From: Lama guanicoe
Taxonomy: Eukaryota
Assembly (NCBI GenBank): GCA_013239625.1
Contig: MU053810.1
Coordinates: 2,367,518-2,431,517, forward strand
Direction of reading: 5' to 3'
Length of the DNA: 64,000 nt
Each line of letters opens with the position of its first letter. Positions within the stretch are counted from its first letter, which is position 1. The translations under genes and the position numbers were made by a program. Of the stretch, positions 12,106-24,829 are shown in pieces. The notes beneath the pieces are model-generated. The model made no database searches, was not told the origin of the DNA, and saw only the letters and a program-made list of their open reading frames with translations.

Positions 12106-12729
12106 AACCTCACAACCTGGTTTGACTGAACTGCTCAAGCATATTGTGAGGCCCCATGTTTATATCCTCTAGATGAAGACATCCCCTGCCAGAAAACCTA
12201 AAGCAATAATGATAAACACTAAACGGAATGCAGATTCTTTATCCTCAAAGAGAATAAAATGGGGAGGGGGTCACCAAACTGTAGACTTAACTACCACAAA
12301 CTCCTCCCTTAGAGTGAACATGACACACAGGGTCCCAGCACCACCTCCCCAGCCCTCCCTCTGGGTCAAAGGAGAAAAACCATGAACTTGGACACAGTGG
12401 GTGTCTGATGCACCCCAGGGCTGGGTGTGTTTGACTCTAGAAATAAGTGACAAATGTAGGCAAAGATTTACCCAAAGAGACCTGGAGAGAAAAAAAGATA
12501 GTTTCTACATACTGAGAACTCGTCGGTATAAGGTGCTGTGCTGAATTCTTCAAAAAGATCAAGGTTGACAACCACTGCCTCCCACCTACAGATGAGGACA
12601 GAGGAGGACATGTGACCAGGAACTGCTGAGTAACACTCCCCAGGGTTGGGGTGTGAACTCAGGCCACTGGGCTCCAGAATTGCTACACTCTGTGCTATGC
12701 TGCCTCTTCAAAATCATCATTAACCTTTC

Positions 12730-12862
12730 CTCTTCTTTATTTTTAAATTTTTTAAAATTTTTATACAACTTTTCACTTACAGCTATTACAAAATGTCAGG
12801 CATATTCCCCACGATGTACAACACATCCTTGAGCCTGTCTCACACCCAATAGTTTGTATACT
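12730..12862 (-). mobile_element. L1 3' end fragment
   Basis: T-rich tail followed by TTACAGCTATTACAAAATG..GCATATTCCCC..GTACAACACATCCTTG. Confidence 0.6.
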
Positions 12863-14536
12863 CAGGTCCTTCCTTTATGTTACCACCTGTTTTCTCCTAC
12901 CAGGGAATTGAACTTTAAATCCTGAGTAGCAATCTCTCCTGACCCACCAGCATACACCAGAGAAAGACGCCAGCAGGAGGAGGCTTACTGTCCAATGAGG
13001 GACTGCCGCATCCCATGCCACATAAATGTGCTTTTAGAGTCGGTCTAAAAGTCATGTCTATTCAGGGCTCGTACGTACCCATCACTGCAGAAAGAAAAGG
13101 CACAAACTGCTTTTCTTTCAACATCTGTCAAACTGCCATCACCTCCTGGGTAGCAGCCCCTGTGTACAAGTGGCAGGTGCTTTCACTGAGCCCTCAGGTC
13201 CATGTGACACAGGAGACACACAAATAAACCAGCTTCTTGACTCCTGGCCAAGTAAACCTGACGTTACGTAACTACCACTGGAAAAAAAAAAAAAAAAGAC
13301 CACAGAGGCAAACCCTCAAAACAGGATTTTCCTTCTTTAGCAGCCTCTGAGGAAGAATTGTTCCAATGTGGTGTTTCTATTCCTGACAGGAATAACCCTT
13401 AATTATTATGTGCCTTAAGCATCTAGACGTGTTAAAATAGAATTTCAGTTAATGTTAAGAACATCGGAGACCTACGTCAGTGGCAACAGAGATTTTAAAC
13501 ACAGAAAGAGAGAGACAGGGAGAGGGTGCGCCCGGCACGGGGACTGGGGAGGGGGAGGGGACAGCACAGTTCCCACTGAGCCGTTTGTGAAGTTCTGGAA
13601 ATCTGGGAGAAAAGATGGCACTGAAGAAAGACACTAAAAAAAAAAAAAAAGTTTAATTCTTCCATAAGAGAATGTAAAAGACTTTTCCTTTATCAGGGAT
13701 TAATACATTAATCTCCAATTGCATTTTGTTTCAGGAGATAAATAAATCATACTTATTTCCAGGAAAAAAAATATATGGCTATGCCAGCGAATGTATACAC
13801 GGCCTGACGTCTGACACACAGGATCCACTCCGAAGACTTCGGGAAAACACAGTTGCAGGAAAGAGATTTTACCAACTACCTCTGCAGACGTCATTCTTGT
13901 CATCTTTCGTTTGGCTACATGTCAGTGACCAATAATCCAGCTATAAATTTCAATATTTCACCGCAACAGAGGAGTGGTAGCTACTGTTCATGTGTCTTAT
14001 CAGTCTGAGCAAGGCCACCTCCACAGGGATCACCACACGGATGCTCATGGAAGGAAAGCCTGTTCGCTCCGGTTGAGTCTGCTCTCAGCGAGGAGTGCCT
14101 GAGGCTCGGCTATCCCGCTTAGGCCCCCCAGGGGGCTCGCTGCACCCCCAACAAGGCCAGCAGGGCAATGTGCTCCACGGCGAGGACACTCCCCAAGCAC
14201 ACAGTAGGTGCTAAAGTATACAAAGGCGATTGGGACCATGCCACCCTCAGGAATGTAATTTGCCAACAGGAAAGACTTGCTTATTTATAAAAAATCAAAT
14301 CTAGACAGTTCTATCAAGGGTCCGTCCACAAACAGGTCCTCCCACCACCTCCTGTGTGTGCAGGCAGCAAACCATCCTGACGCCTTACGCAACTTCTGTT
14401 GATCAACTACGCAGATACGGTGGCCTTTAGATCTTCATCCTTATCATAACTGGATAGGATGGCTCGTGATATGAAAGAGCAAAACTGTCCTGCAAGTTCA
14501 AACAGGACATCCCATGAGGACTCTGAGAAGTACGCC

Positions 14537-15284
14537 TGTTGTGTAATAAAGAATCTGACTAGCATTTGTCCCTGGTTCCTGGCACATACTCTAAATAGTT
14601 GGAATTTCCTGAGCAACTGGAAATATCTTTGATATTCATGAGTCCCTGGGTCCATATCTGAGTTATACTAACGAGATGCTAGCGCTGGAGCTGGCCACTC
14701 CAGAGATCCTGTGATTAGAGGCTTGGGGCTCTGAGCGGGGTGAAATGAGTGGACCTCATCCAGGGAGGGGAGCAAAGCTGGAGAACAAATAATCACACAG
14801 CCGAAGAGTCATCATGCCTGCACAGTGAAACCCACTGAAAACTCTGGACATCAAAGCTCCAGATTTGGTGAAGATCCCTGGCTTGTCAATGCATGGATGC
14901 ATCCAGAGAGACACATCCTGATTCCACAGGGTGAAGGCAGGAAAGCTCCATGTCCAAGACCCTCCCAGACCTCGCCCTACGTGTCTCCTCATCTGACTGG
15001 TCCTGCCTCGCATCCTGTATGATAAAACAATCATCTTAAACATAGAACTTTCCTGAGTTCTGTGAGTCATTCTAGCAAATTGTCAAATCTGAAAGGGATG
15101 TGGGACACACACCCCCCGCCCCCAAATTTGTAGCTAGCTGCTCAGAAGTGTGGTCAGCCTAGGGCTGCATGAACCTGCAGTGGCGTCTGAAGTAACAGCT
15201 GCCTTGTTGGGGACTGCACGCTTCACTTAGGGAGCTGATGCTAATTCCGGGTGGTGAGCATCAGAATTGCACTGCAGCATTGCA
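14537..15284 (+). mobile_element. MER21-like ERV solo LTR
   Basis: TG...CA ends; TTTGTCCCTGGTTCCTGGCAC and TTCCTGAGTTCTGTGAGTCATTCTAGCAAATT motifs; possible TSD ACGCC/ACACC. Confidence 0.7.
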
Positions 15285-18200
15285 ACACCCATTCTCAATT
15301 CCTGAAACACAGGCCAGAAATAATCCCTTTAAGAAGCAAAGCTCTTGCAGCTGACTTGACTTCCCCCACCCCCAGCCCAGCTCCAACCCCAGGCTGAGAA
15401 CTTCCACGGTCCAGTCTCAGCAGGAAACCACCTTGAATGGGCAGGCAGACCCAGTTCCAGAACAAGGCAGGCTTTCGGGTCGGTGATATAATTGAGGTAT
15501 AAAAACTGCAATGGTCACACAAAGAGGGAGTCCAGTAATTGACTGAGAGACTCAGAATGGCTTCACAAAGGCTACCACAGCTGTGTGCCTTTCAACTTTA
15601 GAACAGGGGAGGGCAGGAGGGCATGAGAACAGCATGAGAAAAGGGTCAAATCACTGTGTCAAGCTTTATAACAATGAAAATCCTACCTGACTTTTATTAC
15701 CTTCTTCCTATGTGCCTGAAATTGTGACTAAACTTATCATTTGGGTAACCCAATGAATCCTGAATCCTATGAGGGGGCATCTACTATCATACCCATTTTA
15801 CAGGTGCGGATACTGAGACTTCATCCAAGAAACTGGATGAAGGCATCAGAGCTGGCAGTTCAGTGTAGCTGGAGAGGAGGAGGGTGAAAGGACATGGATA
15901 AAGTGTGAAAAGCCCTGGGTATCAGAAACCCAATTTTTTTTTCCTGCAGGCAGTGGGGAGCCACCAGAAGTGTGCATAGGAGGGAATAATATGACCGGAA
16001 CCGTGGTTTCAAAAAATAAACTGTGGTAGCAGGAAAAGCATTCAAAACAGGGAGACTGGGTAGAGGACAGCGGTTGGATCACCAGCCAAATATGATGGGA
16101 ACCGGAACCAGGGTGAGGACAGAGGGAATGAATGTGGGATGGGGGCATAAGGAAAGGAGGTAGAGGAGACGACAGAGATACATGGGGCTCAGGAGCCTGG
16201 GTGGACGGTGGGAAGAGCAGCCAGGAGAAGATGGCGCAGGCGTCCATACAGACCATCAAAAACACGTCTGCGTATACATCTCTCGGTATCGATGGTGCAT
16301 TTACCACACTGCTCTTGGCGCTGCTGTGCAGTGCCTGAATTTGGTGGTGATCACACCCTTGATCCAATAACAGATCACAAAGCCAGATTTAAGGATGGAA
16401 TTCAATACTGGCAGGTGACCATCTAACTCCACATCCCAGCTCTCTGGCCCCTGGCTGAGCACGGCCATCCCACTTCTCCACCCTCTCTGTGTGGTTGACC
16501 CGCACCTGCGTTGAAGGGATAATGAGCATCAGGGGAGCTGACCAGGGGGTTTTGTCTAAATGGCTTTTTAGACTGCCGAGCTGACGCAGAAGTATAGCAG
16601 GCCACCAGTCTGAGGATCACCCTGAGGCCATCACAAAGTACACAGGTCGAACTAGTTTTCTTTCGGCTCTTCTTAGGGTTCAACAGCAATGAGCAGACAA
16701 AGAGTGTGGAAAAGTAAACAGAAGCTGAAGTCGACGCAGATCCCTCAAGGATTCCCCCCTAAGAAAAATGCACAGATAAAATTAATGCTGGGTTTCCAGC
16801 GCTGGAATAAACGGTCCTTGCCACTCAAACCTGGCCCCTCCCACAACTTCCTGTTTCCTGGTTCTGTCTGTGCCCCCTGACGAGGTTCCATGAGAAAGCC
16901 TGCAGAACTGTCACATTCATCAGCAGAACTTTAGAATCAGAAATCATCCTTTTACCAAGTCCTTGAACTGTTCCAGGCACTCAGCTCACAAATATTACCC
17001 TGGATCCCACTTCTCACACTGCAGCAAGCCTGCTGATGACAGGAGAGCAGAAACAGAAAGGAAAAGAAAAGAAATTCGACTTCCCGTTCCTCTGGAGACG
17101 GAGCTTGGAGGGGACCCCGAAGCTCCGGAGGATGAGGGTGAAGTGTGTGGCTATGTCTGCTTCTCTCTCACCCTTGACATTCCCAGGAACCACTCATCCT
17201 TTGAAGCGCTCATCTGAAAACGTTTAAAGAAGACATGCAGAAATGCACTCTCCCCAGGCCCTTGACACATAATCAATATCCCGTTAAGCACATACGTCTA
17301 TATCTTGCATTAACCTTGCATTTCGATGTGATTTAGGAGATATTTGCTGTGCTTCATCTGCAGATCTCTTCTAATCTGACATGGCTCCCTAACAGATACA
17401 TCATCATAGAGAGACGGAAACACTTCCCAACGTGGCAGAACCCAGCATGTGATTTGTAAACGTCGTCTTCTACAGTGATTTCAAAGGATACTAAAATTCA
17501 TGAGATGTCATCAATGGTTCAATAAGATAGCTGACAATCAGATCATTCGCATATACACTGGAACCTTTTTATGTGGTTCAAATAGTCTCCCTCCCTCACT
17601 TTCAATCATCCAAAATAAAAAACAACTGTCATCCTCCCACACCAGATCCATGTGCAAAAGGTCTCATTTTTTCCTGCATAGTATGTAACTAAAAAGTCAC
17701 ACAAGGCGTATTATACCTGATGCAAACTAGAACTCCTACGTAGCACAGCATCCTTCCATAGAAACGGGTGCTTTTAACAATGTGACTTTTCTCCTCTCCT
17801 TAAGGGGAAAATGTGAAACAACAAAATTTTCAATTTATTATAAGAGCGGGGACTAGCATTTGGGTACTAATAGGTGTCCTCTGATGTGCTAAGCCTTACA
17901 AATATTTCCCCCACTTCACTTCTAAAAAAGTTCCTCTTAGGTAGAAATTATTATCCCATTTTACAGACTATAATTAAATCCAAAAGAAGCTAAACGAGCA
18001 TCCATAAGAAATCTTGTAGAAAGGTATCATATTTTGAAACCAAGCCTGTACACAGTGAAAGGAAATGCCACCACGTTCATTTTGGATTGGCAAAGCGAGT
18101 CTGTTCCTTCTGTGTGAACACGTATCCCTGGGTGTTCAGACCTGGTGAAACCTGCCACCAGACCACCATTCAGGCTCCACAGGGCCTGCTCTCAAGCCAC

Positions 18201-18914
18201 CTCCTCCAGGTGGCCCAACCTCTGTCTGCCTCCCCAGAAGGAGCCGTGTCGGGCGGCATCCTGAGCTGGGGGATGAGGCAGGGACCACACTCTGGGCTGC
18301 AGCATAACCATCACACTCACGGATGCCACCAATCTCTATGGAGCACAAAGGGCCCCGCTCTATGGATACAGGGCAAGCAAGACAGGTGTCCTCAGAGCCG
18401 GCCCTGCTGGAAGAGGGCATAGACAGGTGGGTGCGTGGTTCCTTCGAGGGATGGGGAAAGCTCTGATGGCTGAGCTGAGTCCTGAAGGATGACTGGGTAT
18501 GGGGTAGGGTGTGCTTGGCACGGGCAGAGACAGGGAAAGCGGTGGCCATCTGAATCCATGAACTCACCGCACCATGGTGCACTTCCCGGCAACCTTCAAT
18601 GCTCTCTGAGATGCGGGGCGTTAAGAACATAGAATGAAGCTAGAGCTTCTCAAACTTTTTTGGACCACCAATTCCAGTAAAAGCATTTTTCACATCATGA
18701 TGCGGTACACACTCTCCACACACGACTGGAAAAACAGCATCTGCCAGAACAATACTCTAACTGCTCCTCGAATGCACACTTATACTTTCTCTCTTCTCTC
18801 CCTCTCTCTTTTTCCTTTAGTTCTGGATACAACCCTCTAGTGGGTGACAACCTACAGTGGGGAAAACATTGTTATAAACCTTTTAAAAGGCATGACTATC
18901 ATGTCTTTGATATA

Positions 18915-19117
18915 CAGCTGACCCTTGAACACGACGTGCTTGAACTGTGTGGGCCCACTCATACACAGATTTTTTTTTCGATAAATACTGTGGTCATAAT
19001 CCTACCTGAGGTTGTCTGAATCCTCGGATATGGAGAGGGTGGGCCGTGGGATTGAGAAGCCTCAGATTTTGGTATCCGAGGCGGGGTCCTGGAACCAGTC
19101 CCTTGAGGATACCGAGG
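18915..19117 (+). mobile_element. Tigger2-family (MER8/MER2-like) MITE
   Basis: Starts TA-CAGCTGACCCTTGAACA and ends GATTTTGGTATCC..GGTCCTGGAACCAGTCCC..GGATACCGAGG. Confidence 0.7.
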
Positions 19118-19214
19118 AATTTCCTCTTATGCCTTCTATTCTGTTTCCCCTCCCCCTCACCCCTCGAAAAAGTACTGCCGAGGAAATATGAGCATGACGG
19201 TTTCCTAAAGGTCC

Positions 19215-19405
19215 ACTACATGCCAGAAACTGGCCTGGAACCCTGGCATGCACTGTCTCAGTAACCCTCCCATGGCCCCGTGGGCTAAGCATTACTGCTC
19301 CCATTTTACAGATGAAGAAACTGAAGCTCAGTGATCAAGAGGCTCGCTCGGTAGACCGTGATGGAACCAGGCTCAAATCCAGTTCTGTCTTACTTCAAAA
19401 CTCCA
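19215..19405 (-). mobile_element. MIR SINE
   Basis: Core CCCATTTTACAGATGAAGAAACTGAAGCTCAG. Confidence 0.7.
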
Positions 19406-22304
19406 ATCAGCCCCTTGGGCCTTTCATGAAAAACTCTTAGGTTAATTAAGGCTAACTTAATAGCAAGAATTTCCTAAGTCCCCTTGAGATAACTCAAGCC
19501 CTTGGAGTGTTATCGAACCAGGTTTGGGAGGCCTAAGCGGAGATAAGGGGACTACATGGTGGAAAACCTCTCGGGTTTAAATTTCATTTCTTTCCATGTC
19601 CTCTGAGGACCCCTTGGTAAAGGCACTGATGGGGAGGGACCAACAGAGAAACGCTAAGTGAGAGCTACTGGGGCACTGGCCTAGATAACCACCCCTAGGC
19701 AGGCTGGCTGACGAAGCTGACCATTCTGAGTGGCCCATGATCAGGCGCACCTTGCACAGCATCTTCCAGGCTGCAGATAGTCAGTAAATATTCACAAGAC
19801 AGGAGGCTAACACAGGCAGAGCGAAAGTCAACACGGGGCACAGCTCCCTGTGGTTTATTTTTAAATTGTTCCAAAATTATGTTAAGTGAAACTGTTTAGT
19901 GAGATGGAATCTTCTTTGGAAGGATACTTAAACACATTTAGCACTGGCGCGTGTGTTCTTTCAGCCCCCTAATTGAAGATACATTTGACTCAGATACAAG
20001 GGATATTAAACATGGGCAAGCCAGGACAAATGTTGAGCCCCCCAAAAACAATTTCTGCAAAAGTGATGATTTGGGGAAATGACTGGCAATGTTCCACTAA
20101 GCGATTGCACCATAAACTGGTCCCTCTCTGACCTAAAATAACTTGATGGTTGGTGACAGCACATTAACTGGCCAGTCATTGACATTGCTATTTCTAAGTG
20201 ATGACATGTCTCAGAATATTTTAAGAACTGATGTATTTTTTTTACACACACATAATAAATGCAATTCTGACACTTACACACAATAAATTAAATTATTTAT
20301 TTGACAAATGACCTTAGGGGTTATATTCTTTGTGGGCCTTGTTGGGTAGCAATGCATTTGTGGTTTAACTTGGCATACCAATTCCCATATGAAGATGAGC
20401 TATGTTTTTTGTCTAATCAGCTAGTGTTATTTTCCCAGCACCTCTTAGTAATAAAAATATTGCCAAGTTCTCTTTTCTCTGCAAGTTTCATGATGGAAAA
20501 AAAAATTCTGAATGTGCAAAAGAATCCACTGCCTGCTGATGAAACGTACAGGCTTATGAAAACATGGCATGTCCTCAAGTAGATCAGTCTGTTTTTAAAT
20601 ATTTTAATAGGGCACACTGCTGCATTAGGAACTAAACGTGTATTATGTCTAATCTTACATCTAGTATGTACTATACTTTGATCATTCTATCAAAAGATCA
20701 AAATTTAAATATTATGTAAATTATATTTTATACATGTTCTCCTTTGCATGAAATCAAACAGAAAACTTGTTTCTGCTCTAAACACATGAGAATATAAACA
20801 ACCAACATATTTAAACCGAAGAAAATACGCACTACTTCATTCCATTAAAAAAAAATGCCCCTGGGTATTGATTAAAGTAAAAAACCTTTATGTTTTCTTA
20901 AAATAATCCTAAATGTCTGTTTATGCTTTCAAATTTTTACGCATATTTTAATATTCATTTTAAAGGTTCTTAAGTTTAATGATGTATGTTATTTTCACAA
21001 GAAATGCTTGAGGACTTAAGTCCTCTTCCTGAAAACTCAGAGAGGTTATGTAACACAGTAGGAATGACAACAGAAGTTAAAGAACTGATACTGAATCTCC
21101 AATAATCATGAGAAGCTGTCATTTTCATAACAACTAAATGTAAACTATGAATCTTAATTGGATCCTGGTTTTTAAAAAAACACAGCTATAAAAGACATTC
21201 TTAGGACAATGAGGGAAACGTGAACATAGACAAGATTTTTAAACTTATTATGAAAATTTTGTTTATTTTCTTAAGTGTGATATTAATTTTGTATGTGTGA
21301 TACACATTTGTATATATGAAAGTTTTCACAATAAAAAGTTGCAGGTGGGGAAGAACTGTCATTTTCATTTAAGTACATATGTACATTGACTCCCGAGCCA
21401 AACTGGATGCAGATAAAATATTGCTTCACATGGACATAGAATGTTTCATTTTCCTGTAGCAGTATGCTTCAGAGAATCAATTTTCCACCACTGACCCAGA
21501 GAAATTATGGCAACCCTTCTGGCCAAGACCAAGGGGAACAGCTGACTGACACACACCACTCGATTTAGGGCAGAGGCGTCAGGATCCCCAGAGGGTAATC
21601 CACGCTGACCAGCAAATTTACATGGCAGCCTGTGCCCTTGGAAAAATAAGGGTTGGGAATAGGGGCCTTCCAGACTGGAACCTTCACAGCAGCCAGAACT
21701 TGCAACTTTGCCAGGATCGTTTTCTGGGAGACAGCATCTATCAAGCTATGACATGAACGTAAAGCTAAATTAAACAAATTTAAACCACCAGCTCTACTCA
21801 TTCACCCACTCAAGATGGATTCCTGTCTTCCTCTGTCTCCCTGCTCAATAAATTGGACTACCAGGTTCAACAGTAAGCAAAAAATCTGAGATGCTATCCT
21901 AAAAACTCAACTTAAACCTAGTAACAAAGCACTAAAATTATGTAAGAAATTTTAGAGAGAAAATCTGTAAGCATTCCATTTAGACATACTAAAGTGTTAA
22001 AAATAAGACTCAGACCTAGAAACAACATAGCAGAATGTTTCCCATCTACATATAGAGGGTTTTTTTTGTTTTGTTTTGGGATCTAAATCTTTATAGTTCT
22101 GGGCACCAGTTCACTCTGAAGTCAGAAGGCAAACCAGCCATCCATGACTTGCCGCAGAATCTGATACTTTAACTGGAGTGAACTGAAACTCAGCAGTAAG
22201 CGTTGAATTTTCAAGTGGCCCGATGCAATCAAAGACTCCAATTACACTCCTTTTTTCTGTCCTTTTATTTTTATCATCTCTTTTTCTCCCTTATTCAATT
22301 CGTT

Positions 22305-22382
22305 ATCTATATGTATGTGTATATGTTTCTGTATGTGTGTATATATATATGTACACATATACATACATTATACATACATATT
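22305..22382. repeat. Degenerate (TA)/(TG)/(CA) microsatellite
   Basis: TATATGTATGTGTATATG...TACATATACATACA. Confidence 0.8.
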
Positions 22383-23584
22383 TGTTGCTGTCTTCACTTT
22401 TTCTTTTTCTCCTGTCTTTCTTCATTCTCCCAACTCTGCCAAGCCTACCAGAGCAATCCAAAGGCACTGTTATTACCTGGTTAAACTTCAGGCTATGAAG
22501 CTATAAAGAATCCTGATGCAGCCCATGAAACTTCATGGAATTAGGCCATAGGTTGGAAGAATGGTTCACTTTCCTTCAACCAAAGAACAATTATCCTGTT
22601 TATGAGGTATTGGGATGGGGGGGGGGTCTTTCGCTTCTAGTTACAGCCACCTGCCTTTGATCTTTAACCAGTCATCTATACCTCTCTTTAAGACAAGCAG
22701 GAGACCTTGACACTTGGAATCTCATTTATTGCTTCATGTTTTCCTAGTAAGAAGCACAGTATAGGAAGGCTGAAAACATCAATGGTTTGGGACTATCTCC
22801 AAACTTCACTTTTCCAAGTCCAGAATTCTGTGACACCGTTTTCTGATTTCTTGAAAAGATTCTGGTCTATTTGTAAACACTAAGCTAGGACTGAAGGAAA
22901 TACAAAGAGTTTTTTTTTTTAAGTTATTTGCTAGAGAGGTATGAGCGCATTACATTTGTTTACCAAAAATATACTGTCTATGAAAACTCACTCCCATGAG
23001 CAAAGCGTGCATTAACCACAGGTCTCCATCTCCAGGAGACCTGAATGAACCTCCTTCAAAAACTCCAGGGAGAATGAACCTCTGGCAATGTTCCAGCCGG
23101 AAGGCTGGGGAGCCTCTGCCACCTCCAGGCGAGATAAGCCCCCACAGGGAAACTGGGAAGAAGGCGGCTATACAATCAGGGCCAAGAGCCCACAGCTGAA
23201 AACAGTCTGGGTGGGAGGAGGCTCAAAAAGTGGAGAAGCACCACGTAACCAACCTGCACAAAACAGGGGCCCCCCAAATCTGGCCTGGCAGAGCATCCCT
23301 CTGACAAGCACACCCCGGGAAACTTCAGCCTTAGGCTGGCTTCCCGTAGCCCCGGGGTGACTTCCCTGGTCACCAAGGCAGTGCACACATGTTTGCCTCA
23401 CCTTCAAAACAACTACTTTAGTTCTTTCCTTAATATCATTCCTTATAATGTGGTATTCATCCCATCCCACCCCAAAAAAGAGCAGAGAAACACATGCCAA
23501 GGGCAGCCAGGCAGCCACCTGGAAGCACTGGCCAATGCTCACCACTGGCAGCTCTAGGAGAGATCGGAGCCCCTTTCTGAGGCT

Positions 23585-23745
23585 TATTCTCTCAATGCCT
23601 CAGTTTCTGTGTCTGACAAATGGGGATGATGACAGTACTACCTCTAAGTTGTAGTCTGTAACGATTAAATGAGTCAGTACGCATAAAATGCTTAGAACAA
23701 GGCCTGGCCCACCTTAAGCATAAATGCAAGCTAATCGCTACTATT
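23585..23745 (+). mobile_element. MIR SINE
   Basis: TGCCTCAGTTTCT..AAATGGGGATGATGACAGTAC..GATTAAATGAG..TGCTTAGAACA. Confidence 0.7.
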
Positions 23746-24344
23746 ATGAGCTGGAAGCATGCCTCCGAGAGAACAGCCTACCAAAAAAGCTTTCTTTAAT
23801 CCCCACCAACAGACCTGCTACTTCCCAGCTGGAAATACCCCATGTCTCAATTCTCTGGTTCCCTATTTAAGCTCCAGCATCCAGAGTGGTCTCAGCAAAG
23901 ACCAAGGGAGCAAGACTCCTTTCTCTAAGTAAGTAGGTTCTGACAGAAAATTGCAAAATGGCCACATTTTGCAATTTTGATTATGATTAAAATGGAAACT
24001 GACACGTGAATAAAATGCAAATCTATCTGATATGCATTTCAGAACCCACATGTTCTCAGTGTGGAAGTTCTGCAGCTTCTAACAAATGTCCCTAACTGCA
24101 ACACTGTGAAACTAAAGAACGAACCTTCTGGTTGAAGACACACAAATTACCCTACACATTAGGAAGACGTAAACGCAATGACCTTCAACAAAGTACATGG
24201 CCCAGAGTATGAGGCATAAACAGGTAACTGGGCGCTGCCACACCTGGGAGACACAGTAAGCCGAGTCTTCAGAACAGGCAGAGCCACTCACTGTCACGCT
24301 CTGAGGCTGTGCCACACCTGGCACACGATGTTGACAATACTTAC

Positions 24345-24439
24345 GCATTACAATAGGGCTTCTTTTCATAGCCTTTGTAGTTGTTCATATTGAGAGCCAT
24401 CTTGCAGACTTCACAATGGAAACATCCTTTATGCCAATA
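24345..24439 (-). CDS. NEBL: LIM-nebulette (LASP2) coding exon 2, rest of the LIM zinc-finger domain
   Basis: Acceptor TTTTTTTCAG|TAT. The 95 nt encode [32 protein letters not shown], in frame with exon 1, and end at a phase-2 donor GC|GTAAGT. Exon 3 (HYPKQSF...) was not found in the window. Confidence 0.97.
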
Positions 24440-24829
24440 CTGAAAAAAACAAATGTTTAAAATTTTAGTACAAAGCCGGTTCTTTTCAGGATGGGTACAG
24501 AAAGGAGACTTTTTTAGTGCATCACAAGTTCCCATTTCTGAAAATACTACAACAAAACGATTGTAGGTATCAGTGGACGTTTGCCTGCTGTCAGTAAAGG
24601 TAAAGCAGGTAGTCATTAAAACTGAGTTTTAAGTGAATCCCCATCACAACATGCAGACTCGGATGGAAGAAATGCCAAGAGCTGTACCCACACTACACTC
24701 CTAGAAGCAGCCAAAAAAGGAATTCTGCTCTTGGTTAATGGAGAAAGGGAGCCTGTGAAGTGGCTTCAAAAGGAAAACGAATCCAGTTCCGAGTGCCAAC
24801 ACTGTTTTTAGGATCTGGATAAACATATG

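Noticed and set aside
24341..24616. 91-aa stand-alone ORF
   Set aside because: Only 24345-24439 is exonic. The N-terminal part is intron 1 and the stop codon lies within the splice donor.
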